Positions 1-10,829 of a stretch of 64,000 nt of DNA are shown here, piece after piece. This stretch comes from Prorocentrum cordatum (taxonomy: Eukaryota), in the NCBI GenBank assembly GCA_963575745.1, contig CAUYUJ010000225.1, forward strand, positions 124,001 to 188,000, written 5' to 3'. Every line of letters starts with the position of its first letter. The stretch's first letter is position 1. A model generated the notes under the pieces. It was not told the origin of the DNA, made no database searches, and saw only the letters and a program-made list of their open reading frames with translations. Made by a program: the position numbers and the translations under genes.

Positions 1-242
1 CTAGCACGGCAGTTGCTTCGTTTGTTGTATGTGTGTGCCTTGTGTGTTTGTGGCTTCCCACCGCCAGCATACACGATGCATGTGTACATCGCCCACACGG
101 CGACGACGGCGACTGCGGCGACGACAGCAACGACGAAGACGACGAAGACGACGCTGATGGCGACAACGACGACGACGACGACGACAACGATGAGCGGAGC
201 GCTTTCGGCCCGCCCCCCGCTAGGCCCGTATACCCACACACA

Positions 243-249
<7 letters not shown>

Positions 250-279
<30 letters not shown>
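250..279. repeat. (TA)n microsatellite
   Basis: Direct reading of the sequence. Confidence 0.95.
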
Positions 280-281
<2 letters not shown>

Positions 282-2232
282 TCGTACGCACCTCTCCGAG
301 GGAGTAGAGCTCAAAGCCGATTAATTGAAGGCGGCGTCCGCGATTTTTCTGGCCGTTTCGCTGGGGGCATCTTCGAAATTCTGAAAATCGGTGGCACCCA
401 TCACGCAGATCGCGACGGAAGGGTCCAAAAACACATGGGGATTTCAACATTCGAACATAAAATCTTCAAAAACACATTGTATTTTCAATGATTTTGACCC
501 TGGTCCTCAGAGAATGGCGATTTCGCCTGAGACATCCTCCCAAAATCGAGCCCCCACGTACCTTCTGGTACCCCAGACCCCACCTCGGAGTTTCTTGACA
601 GCCTCCTCGAAACTCCTGGGGTTTTCTGTGCCTTCTGGTACCCCAGACCCCGCCTCGGAGCCTCCTGGGGGTCTCCTGGAACCGCCTGGGGCCTCCTGCG
701 GCCTCCTGGAGCCTCTTGGGGTCTCTTGGAGCCCCCTGGGGCCTTGTGGGGCGTCCTGAAGCCGCCTGGGGCCTCCTTGGGCCTGATAACTACATGCGCA
801 CGCAGAGACACAAATCACACCCAACACATCACACGCTAGACAAAAATAACACACACACACACACACGCACACACACACACAGACACACAGACACACAGAC
901 ACACATACACACACACAACACCTGCAACGCACAGAAAACACGCACAACACAGAGCACACATCACGCACATTTTTTTGTCTGCGGGGCGAGAGCGAAACTC
1001 CTCTGCTAAAAGCTAGGCGGGCGACGCGCAGCTTTAATCAAGGAGACAGGGCACAGGAAGGCGGGGCTTCAGGTGGCCAGAGCAGGTGGAGCCCGGGATG
1101 CAGGCGGTGCCGAAGAGCTTGCGCGGGAAGAAATACGCCGCTGACGAGAACCGGGGGCGAAAACCCGGAAGGCGAAATAGATGGTGTAGCAGTCAGCGGC
1201 GCGTCGCGAGCACCAACATCAAGCACAGCGGGGGAGGACGCGCCACTTGACCAGGTCGACGCCCAGGAAGGAGAAGAACACCAAGAATGCGATGAGCAAC
1301 GTTGTGCCACCGGATGATGCGGAGGAGGCCCAGGAAAAAGAAGAACACCACGAAGGCGAGGTGCATCGTTGTGCCACCGGGTGATGTGGAAGAAGCCCTG
1401 GGTGGTAGTCCAATCCACGACAAGGTAGTAGCCTGCTTGAGGTGCGGCCACGGACGAGGGGGCCGTACATGACCGACAGGGTGTCGGTGGAGTGCAGGGA
1501 GAAAACCAGCCCTGCACCGTCAGCGCGTGGAGACGGGCAGCAACCACACACGATGCACTGACATCTGCATGCCGAGGGCCGGGCCTGAGCCGCGCAGCGC
1601 CATGGCGAGCGGGGCCGCCGAGGCGGCAAGGTGCAGCGCCCAGCACCGGGCCGAAGCCGCGCAGCGCCGGGCGCTGCCGCCATGGGAGGGTGGGAAGGGA
1701 GCGGGGGGGGAAGAAGCCAACAGGGAGGAGAAAGGCCGGCGCGCCACGCCAGCCGTCGTCGTGCCAGCCCGCGCCGTAAGTGCTCACGTGGGGGGACTGG
1801 GTCCCGATGGGTACAGGTAGGACACACGGTCCCAGAACATGTTAAAGACAGGTGAAGGGGGGGGAGCAGGTACAGTCGGAGACCAGGCGGATCAGCAAGC
1901 GGTCGCTGCGCGTGGGCCGTGCACGTCACAAGTGCTGCGGGGGTACTGGTAGGGGGGGAAAGGAAGACACGCGCTCCCAAGTCAGGTGAATAGGGTGGGG
2001 GAAGGGAGCACAGATGGTGGGGGTGGCCAGTGGTGGGTAGGACCTTGACCTTGCCGCAAGTTGCGGGAGCGTAGGAAGGCAGTCGCGTCGCGCGAGCAGG
2101 GGGACACACGGTCCCAAGCCAGGTGAAGAGGGAGGGGGAAGGGGGAACAGGTGGTGGGCGTGGCCAGCAGTGGGTAGGACCAGGACTTGGCGCACGTTGC
2201 TGGGAGCATGGAAGCGCCCGCGGCGTGCTGTG

Positions 2233-5200
2233 TCAGCAAGGGGAGGCCCGGTCGCCGGCTGGGCAGCGCCTAGTGCGCTTTCCGGTCCAGTTGTCGTTGT
2301 ACCCAGAGCTGCGTGCCCGGTCGTCTCCGCGCCCATCACCTTTGGCGACCTTTCTTTTCCTCTGGGCGCCCTGGCACAGAGCCTTCTCACGATCCCTGTC
2401 CACGTGGACGCCGGTGTTGCGAGACCACGCCTCCACGTGATGGTTGCCGGTGTCCATGTCTTCCAGGAATTTGTCGATTATCCAGCGTTGCCAGCGGTTC
2501 GGGTCGAAAGCGACCTGGTCTTTGGATTTGCCCTTGCCCTGCTCCTTACACATATGCCTGCGCCACGAGTGCCAGGCTGCGTTGAAGTGGTATCATCCTT
2601 CTGCCTGCAGGCGTGTGATTCATGTCTCGTGTGGGCGGCGCTGCCAGCCGACGCGGAAGATTGTCCCTGGGCGGCTGGGGTCAGGGTGGTGGCGGTCATC
2701 CCTGTGGTAAGAGCTGCGCGGTTCTGGCTGGCGCCAGGGGGTGCTCCCTGTGCCCCTGCCACTGTCGTGGTCCTGATCCCAGTAGCGCTCCCTGGTTATG
2801 TCCCAGTCGTTGGCGTCGTGCTTGCGCCACGGTGCCCCCGCTGCGCCCTTGTTGCGGTCGCGGTCGCGGTCGCGGTCGCCCTCCCCAGCGCGGGTCGGGT
2901 CGCTAGTCTCTCTGGACGCGCGCCTTGCCGCAGTCTCGCACGACTCTCAGGCGACTGGCTCCCGCGCCCTGCCGCGCAAGTGCTCTAGCTCGTGCGCAGG
3001 GAGGGGGGTGAGTGCTGGGCGTCGGTCTTCCGGGCCTTTGGACCTGGTCCGCGCGCGCAGCGCCCGGCTGTCGGCAGCGGCCGCCAGGAGCGCGCCGGCA
3101 GGCTGGGTCTGGTAGGTACTGCTTGAATCGCGCTCGGGACTGCTGCGTCGTTCGCCACGAGGACTCGTCTTGGCTTGGCCCTCCTCGACTGTGTCGGAGT
3201 CTGAGGATGAGGAGACCGTGTGGACCGTGCTTAGGGCCTCTGCGAGGCTCAGCTTCTTCTCTTGTTCCTGGTCGTCGTTGGTCAAGTCGGGGTCCTCCTC
3301 CTTAGGGGGCACAAGGGGCGCAGGTTCGTAGGTGGGATCTTGTGTGTCTGCACGCGGCGCGCAAGGTTCGAGCTTGGAGTCGGCCTGCGCCCTTCTGGGG
3401 ACGTCACTTTGTCGCCCCCGATGTCGGCGCCGAGCCTGGGACTGGCGGGGGCCGCTGGTGCCTGCGCCCCGTGCACCTCGCTGTGGGTTCTGCCCAGGAA
3501 GGCTGCTGCCCGGGGCGCTGCGTCTCCGCGGAGGACGTTCGCGCGTAGCGTCCTGGCACTGGTGCCCCATGCGTCCAGCCACTCGCTGCCGATCTGGACG
3601 AACAGGGTCCGCCCGTCCTGTTCGCGGGCCAAGACGTTGAGGACAGGTCCGAATACCGCTCCGTCCAGGGGCCGCGTCGACAGGGGCTCGTTGCTCTCCG
3701 CCGTGCTGAACCATCTGGCGCGGGGGCGGTGTCGCCCCTGATGACCGCGTAGTCGCCGCCCTGGATGCACGGGCTGCCCGTTGCGAGCGGGCAACAGGAG
3801 CCCGTGATGGGCGTGTCCGGGACTCGCCCTTGCTGCCGCTCGCGGCTGCTGGGTTCCGCGCACTTTCCGGGGGGTTCACCGCGCCGACGGCCGGTGGCGC
3901 CCCGACGGACTTGGTAGCTGTAGGTCTTGTGGCGGGCGGGGCCAGCGCCGGCTGGTCGCCGCGCGGAGTGGGCGGGAGTGAGTCGCCACCGTGAGTGGGC
4001 GGGCAGGGTGTCAGGCGCCTTTCCTTGGCGGGTCTTGGGCACTCAGCCTGGTTGGAGGCGTGGTCGGGGCGCGCGCCCGCTCGGGGGGCGGTGTGCTGCC
4101 GGGGCTCGCTGCTGGACGTGTGCCCGGTGGTTGGCTGGGCTGAAGCCGTGGCGCTGGGGTCTGCGTGCCTGGCCCCACGGCTGCGCGCCTCCTCGTCACC
4201 TTCGTCCCTGATCTGTGCCGCCACTTTCGCGTGCGTCTCCCCGTCCGCCGGCTGCCGCTCCCAGGCGAGGTGTTGCCGCTTGTCCTTGGGAGGTGGCGGG
4301 AGTGAGTTGTGGAGGCGCTCGTGGTAGATGCGCGCCTCCTCGTCCCAGGCAGCAGCACGTCGCTGCACTTCCTCCTGGTTGGGGCGTGCTGCGACTTCTG
4401 GCGACGAGGCGGGGATGCCCGGTAGTCTGGCTCCAACGCCAGGGTACACGTCAGGGCCATACCTTTCGAGTGCCTGCTTCACTGCTGACGGGGCCATGTC
4501 CCATTGGTGGGCCAAGCACCCCTTGCAGCACCAGCCCGCGTGCCAGCGCTTTGCCAGGAACGTCTCCCTCATTAGTTGCATGGGTGGGAGCCCGTGGACC
4601 AGGCCAAAGCCGGCGCGGAGTCCTCCTGTGTCAGCGGCGTGCCCATGCATGCCAGGGTAAGCCTGCCCTGGTCCCCATTCGTGCCCCTCTATGCCCGGGG
4701 GGCAGCCGTCGCATCGCCAGATGCCGACATTCTTCTCGTGGAAGTGGGAGATCAGGCGATCGTCATTCGCGTTGCTGGCTGGGGGGGTGGTTCCAACATT
4801 AAGAGAACTCAGGTCGCCTTCCAGCGGGGCCAGCAGCTGGTCCAGGGGTGTTGGGGCCGTGGGTGTTCACGTCGGACACAGTCCCGGCAGGGCGCGCGTT
4901 GTGCGCACAGGCATGTCGTCGGGGCGGTCGTTGATCCAGTCCTTGAAGTCCACGTCGTCTGGAATGGGCTGTCGCTCTGCCATGGCCTTCGTGGTCCAGC
5001 AGAAGATGCGCAGCAGGGTGGGGTCCCTTCCTTGGTAGTACTCCGTCAGCCTGTTGACCGTGCTGGTTTGGCGGATCCGCTTGCTGACGTAGGCGCCTTT
5101 GTCGTGCTTGAAAGGGCCGCGTAGGCGCCCTTGGCAATAGAAATCGGCCTTGTTCTGCTCCTTCGCCCACCGGGTCTCGGTCGTCGATCCGCGGGGGCCC

Positions 5201-8200
5201 TAGCGTCACTCCAGGGCGTGGCCCGGGCGGGGCGGGCGCGTCCAGGTGCAGGCGCGTGTGTGAATGCCGTCCACCTATCCAGGTGACGCTGCTTGTCTGC
5301 TTAGTCGGGTCGTCGGCGGGGCATGGCGAGGCCGATGTCGGACCCAAGCGCGCCAACGTAGAGTGCGCATGCGGCGCGCTCCTGGAACGCCAGGGCTGAC
5401 AGGTCGGCGGTAGACGCGGTGCCTTCGATGACCGCGAGGGTGGCCTGGAGTGGGAATTTCCTAGCCACGAAGTCCTTTCAGGCCGCGGGGCAGTTCGCAC
5501 TCTCGGCCCGGGGGTGGCGGCGGGCGACCATGACTAAGCGGGATACCGCGGTGATCAGGAGCTCCAGCGCCGAGTGCAGCTGCTTGAAGTGCTTCCACTG
5601 TAGTCCGAACGGTGCGCCTAGCTGGTCGCGAGCAGTCTGGTCGCGCGGGCGGTGCGGCTCGCACAAGCCAAGGATGGCCTCGATCACGTCTCCAATGCCC
5701 TCGGCGCCCCCGGACGGATACAGGCAGGTGCGCGATTCGCGTTGCATGGGCAGGGACAAGGCGAGGAGGATCCTGGCCTGGATGGCGCCCAGAGTCGCGC
5801 CGGTGCTGTCCAGGAGGCCGTTGAGAACTGTGGCCTGGCGCCCCTTCGGGCCCATGTCGCAGAAGGCTTGAAATACTGGCGGTGTGGGTGGCTCCTTGTG
5901 TCCTTGTGCCTTCGGCACTTGCAGGTGGATGGCTGCCAGCATTTGGGTCTGCGCCTGGGGGCGTCTGCGGGGATGCAGGCTTCCTTAACGTGCCACGCTG
6001 TCGGCATATTCGGTCGGTCCCTTCGGGGCGGGATCAGGCTGGGGCCGACTGCGCGTGCGTTGTCGTCGTCCGCGACTCCGAGTCCTATAGCCCACATGAT
6101 GGTCGCGAAGACCGCCGCGTAGACCAAGTTGCCGGCGTCCAGTCCTACAAGTGCAGAGCAGAAAAAGAGGTACCCGTTCATGCTCCATCCTTCCCGTCCT
6201 GTAGGCCGGGGTCTGTTGGCTGATCCGAAACGCCGTGCCGGTGCGGATGCAGCCCGAGGCACCATAGTAGGCAGGGTCCGAATGCTGGGCAGCCTGGTAG
6301 TCTCGCCGCTGCAGCGTTGACGTCGTCCTCCAGGTCCTTCCAGTTTTGGTCGGCAGGGAGCGGTAGGTCGGCGCGCGCCGAGAATCCAGCCTGTTGAGCC
6401 TGACGGGCCTCGATCACTTCCTTCTCCTTTCGTCTGCGTTCGGCTTCCGCCAACGGCCGGGCCTTCTCCTCTGGGTTGGCGGTCTCGGGGATGTCCTCCT
6501 CTAAAACCTTTGAGTCAGCCGTGGACTGGCGCGGGGATCCGCCCCGGTTGATGTGGAATTCGAAAGCGAGGTCTGCCTTCTGGGCCCAGGTGCTCAGGTG
6601 ATGGAATGCAGCGTCTGTGGCCGTGCGGAACATCCTTGCGCCCGCGGTCATGATAAGGTTGCATTGTTGGCGCGTCAGCCCCACGTCGACGCGGTGCTGG
6701 TCGTCCACGTGGCCCCAATTAAGGATGGAGTTGGCCCGGGTGGTCATTCGGATGACGACGGAGGCCTCTTGCCCCTGGGCGGCGTCGATGGCGGCGACGC
6801 GGATCGCCTCGCTTTCCAGGAGGTCTGGAAACAGGTTTGCGATGCCACTGAAGCGTTCGCTCAGGCCGTTTGCCGCCGTGGCGCGATTGATCTACGTCCC
6901 TCCTGTGGGCCCCTGCCCCGCCCCCGTTGGCGCAGGGGGCCGGGGCCGCCCGTGTTCGTCTCGGATCCTTCCCCTTGCGCCGCCCGCGAGCAGCGTCTGA
7001 TGTCGTGGGCCGTGCAGTGGTTGCCTGCCAGCGCGGGGGTCAGCTGGAGCTTGTACGCCGACAGTGCGAGGATGGTGCTGTTGGTCCTTCTTACCCATGG
7101 TACGAGGGCCTTCACAAGGGCAACCACTGCGCGCGCTTCGTGGGTGTTGGCGCAGCCGCCCTAGATCGTGGACTGAACCTCTTGCGAGGGGATGTGAGCA
7201 AGTATGGAGCGATGCCGATCGTAGACGGCGCCGCCGATTCCCTTCGGGGCCATGCACGCTGCGTTGCTCTGGAATCCGCCTGCGGCGTCGATCAGGGAGT
7301 CGTCGGGCTCGTAGTTGCCGTCCTCGTTCCTTGCTGCTTCGTCTTCTTGGTCGGTCAACGGTCGTGCGAGTGGCCACCCCAGTCCTTCGGCGCATGGTCG
7401 CTGTAGCGTGGGGTCCAGGATGGCGGAAACCAGCCTGCCCCTGTGGAACGTGAGCGAAGGCCATGCGAGCAGGGGCGGATGGATCCGATAGCACCCCTCC
7501 AGAGTGACGCTGCACTCGGGGATGTTCCCTATGGCTGCCACGTACTTGGCGAGAATGGACATTCCTAGCCCCCAGCGCAGTGCCTGCTGGGATTTGACCG
7601 TCGGGCACAGCTGCCGCTCGTCGCCGAAGAGGACCGTTCTGGCACCGCATCTGACAGCGTGGTTCAAGGACATGATGGCCATGGGCTCGGACGTTTGTCC
7701 TGCCTCGTCGAGGAGACATCTGGGGAACTTCTTGTCCCAGAGGTCGGCCCCCGCCTCGCGCGTGGCCAAACTAAATTTTGCCTCTGTCGCGACTCCCTCT
7801 CGGAACTTGCGGAACCAGCTCGCGTGCCCCGTGGTGACCTCGCCCTCCGATATGGCGTGCACATAGGCGTACTTGGCGGCGGGGGTGGTCGTGCCACGCT
7901 GCCCTTGACCTTGTCCTCATGTGCGAGTCGCGCGGCCATGCGCGGGAACGGGTCTTTGTTGGCTGGGTTCAGGTTCTTTCCAATTTGCTCTGCTGCCAGG
8001 TTGTCCATGGATCCGCCGGTGCCGCCAAAACACCCCACGCCCCGCCCTGGGGCGAGGCGCGACATGTAGGCGTCCGCCACGCAGGCCGCGACCTTGGTCT
8101 TCCCGGTTCCGGGAGGCCCGTGGCACAAGGGAAGGAGAGAGTTCTGGGTCGCAAGCACGCAGCGTCGTTGGGCGTCGCTGGCGCGGTGCAGGTTACAGAT

Positions 8201-9199
8201 GTGCTCCAGGTGTTCCTCCTTAGGAGCCGGCAACAGTCGTTGTAAGACGCTCCCCGGGAAATCCTCCGCCTGCTGAGCCGTCAGTGCGGGTGTGCCCGTG
8301 CGCGGGTTGGCGCTGGGTTGGTCGGGGTCGTCGATAGCGCGCTCCAGTGTTACCGAGGCCTGCGCCAGCAAGAGATCTGCCGCTTCGCCCTGAGCCGGCG
8401 CGGCCCGGGCCCCGGCCTTGCCGTCGCAGTCCTCGCGCCGAAAAACGAACGCCCAAACGATGGGCGGGAGGGCAGTGCCCCAGAGGGCCGCCCTATCGCA
8501 CCCGACTGAAAATAATTCCCGTATCGCCGCGTTGACCCTGTTGAATTGGGCCTTCCTCGGGGTGCGATCGACCGTGTAGTATTGTTGGCCCGGGCTTGGC
8601 GTTGGAACTGTGCCGTCGTTGTCGTGAAAGGGTCCGTTCCTCCTGGCGTTGTAGTGGGCCAGCGCGATTCCCGCGGGGCAGCTCCGGTCTGCGCCCGAGA
8701 CCCCGGCGCCGGGGGCGGGAGGCCAGACGCGGGTCATCTCTGCCAAGAAACCCACCGTTGGCGAGGACTTGGAGATTAGGAAGGGGTTCGGGGTGCCTGC
8801 CGTCACGTCGCGCTCTGTCCACTCCATGGCCCACTTCGTGTCCCAAACCAGCAGGTAGTACTCGCTTTGGCCCTGTTGTTGTCCTTTGAGCCGCTCTTGC
8901 CGGTGGTGCCTACTCAGGATCTCCTGGCACTGCTCGTTCGGCTGGAAACAAGTGAGGATCTGCACGTTCTTGCTAGCGATGACTTGCCAGGACGTGGTGG
9001 AGCCGTCGTTGGGCGGCTCCACGTCCGCGTGGAACTCGGTGAAGAAGACCCTCCTTAGCAGCTAAAGAGCTCGGGCAAGGAGCTAAAGTTTAGTTCCTCG
9101 CCGTGTAGTTGCAGCCGTCGAGCCCAGTCGGTCGGCGGCGGGACTGCCCCTGGGACTGGTCCTGGGCAGGGGCGCGCTGCCGAGCCGCTTGGGGGCCAT
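2233..9199 (-). pseudogene. Large multidomain protein (~2300 aa if repaired), broken by frameshifts and stops: Upf1-like helicase, RNase III-like motif, Cys-rich and unknown domains
   Basis: Likely start ATG GCC CCC AAG CGG (MAPKR) at 9199. Protein-like segments continue across ORFs 7664..9022, 7161..7862, 6861..7127, 6178..6747, 5684..6265, 5478..5942, 2947..4650, 3282..3863 and 2233..2553. Confidence 0.65.
6600..8190 (-). pseudogene. Superfamily 1 helicase domain, Upf1/DNA2/NAM7-like (AAA_11/AAA_12 type)
   Basis: Motifs in the correct order: Q-motif SDAQRRCV, I HGPPGTGKT (~8096-8119), II LLDEAGQ, III LFGDERQLCP, IV LEGCYRIHP, then NTHEARAVV and LSAYKLQ, V SIDAAQGQEA, VI HRVDVGLTR. Several frameshifts separate them. 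Confidence 0.92.
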
Positions 9200-9764
9200 G
9201 TACCAAGGGGCGCGCACATCACACGCACAACACTCACACTCCCGGGGCCTCCTGGGGCCTCTTTCGGTATCCAAGTCGGGCCTCCTCTGAGGTTTCCTGG
9301 GGGCCCCTGGCACGCGCGTCGCAGGGCGCGGCAACCCCACTTGCGCCCGAGCGCGACCTCGATCTGAGATTCTCCTGCGTTCACCTCCTGCCTCTTCCCC
9401 TCTCTCAAGCGCGCCCTGGCGGCGCCGCCCCAGCTTCTCCTTCTCCATCTCCGATCCTGCAGTCATGGTGTCTTCCTGCTTCAAACGCCCTTTCATTTTT
9501 TGATATGAACCTGGGCACACACGTGCCACTTGCATATATAGCTCGCCCCCCCCCCCCCCCCCCCGCGCCTCCAAACGACGGACTGGGTGGGTGGGTGGGG
9601 GGGGGGCATCCTCCGCATCTTCCTCCTCTCCCCATCCTCATCTCCTGATCTCCTCATCTTATCTCTTCTCCCCCCTCCTGCTCCATTGAGTCTAACTGAC
9701 TTGCGAGCGCATGGGGCCTCCGACGAGCAAACGCTGGGAGCGCGCGGCAGGGGCTGGCCTTGAC

Positions 9765-10650
9765 AGCGCTGTGTTTTCCAGCTTGTCCAGCTTTTCCTAG
9801 AGACTGCCCCGGTGAAAAGCGCTGCGTTTTCCAACTCTTCCAGCTTTCATCGCAACGAAACCATTGAAAAACGCTGTGCTGTCCAGATTTTCGAGCTCCT
9901 CTCAGTTGAAAGACGTTGTATTTTCAAGCTTTCCAGCTTTTCCCAGAGATTGCCCCGTTGAAGAAGGTTGTGTTTACTAGCTTTTCCAACTTTTCCCAGA
10001 GACCCCCCCGTTGAAAAAAAACGCTGTGTTTTCCAGCTTTAGCAGGGCAATGCGCGGGAGAAGCTAGAAAAATCTCGAAAAGCAGGAACACACAGCGTTT
10101 TTCAATGGGGTAGTCTCTGGGAAAAACAGGAAAGGCAGGAACAGCTGGGCAATGCAACCTTTTCCCACGGGGTCGTCTCTGGGAAAAATGGAAAAGCAGG
10201 AGAAGCTGGAAAGCACAACGTTTTTCAATGGGGTCGTCTCTGGGAAAAAAGGGAAAAGCAGGACAAGCAGGAAGACACAGCGTTTTCCAATTGGGCAATC
10301 TCTGGGAAAAGCTTGACAAACTTGAAAGCACAGCGTTTTTTTTCCAACATGGTAATATCTGGGGAAAGCTGGAAGAGCAGGAACAACAATGTGTTTCAAT
10401 GGGGTATCTGGGAAACGCTGGAAAAGCAAAATAAGCTGAAATCACACAGCGTTTTTCAGCGGGGTAGTCTCTGGGAAAAGCTGGAAAAGCAGGAAAAGCT
10501 TGAAACGCAAACGTTTTTCAATGCGGTAATCTCTGGGGGAGGCTGGGAAAACAAACGAAGCAGGAAAACGCAGGAGCATGAAACCATGGCGTTTTCAATG
10601 GTTTAGCTGTGGCGAAAGCTGGAGACGCTGGAGAAGCTGGAAAACATAAC
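9765..10650. repeat. Two head-to-head arrays of a ~55-65 bp degenerate minisatellite
   Basis: The unit ACAGCGTTTTTCAATGGGGTAGTCTCTGGGAAAAGCTGGAAAAGCAGG repeats in 10060-10650. Its reverse complement (TTTTCCAGCTTTTCCCAGAGAC...TTGAAAAACGCTGT) repeats in 9765-10040. Confidence 0.85.
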
Positions 10651-10723
<73 letters not shown>

Positions 10724-10829
10724 TGTGTGGGGGGGGGGGGGGGGGGGGCTCATGGAAAAGCTGGGGGAGGAGGGAGGAGGAGGAGGAGGGGGGGGGGGAG
10801 GAGGAGGAGGAGGAGGATCGAGGCGGATG

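Larger units (their letters stand above)
970..9214 (-). mobile_element. Retroposed, RT-less insert (helicase-encoding element or processed gene copy)
   Basis: On the minus strand it ends in A7 (plus T 970-976). It is flanked by near-identical direct repeats cacatcacgcaca (957-969) and cacatcacacgcaca (9215-9229). Related GGGGCCTCCTGG-type repeat lies on both outer sides (~580-790, ~9240-9310). It holds a long intronless coding region. Confidence 0.6.

Noticed and set aside
1135..1203. Hammerhead ribozyme (CTGACGA...GAAA...GTC)
   Set aside because: Stem III does not pair and stem I is out of register by 2 nt. A simple hairpin explains it better.
10652..10722. T71 run as the poly(A) tail of the LINE
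   Set aside because: It lies ~90 bp outside the TSD (10809-10827), so it belongs to the host element.
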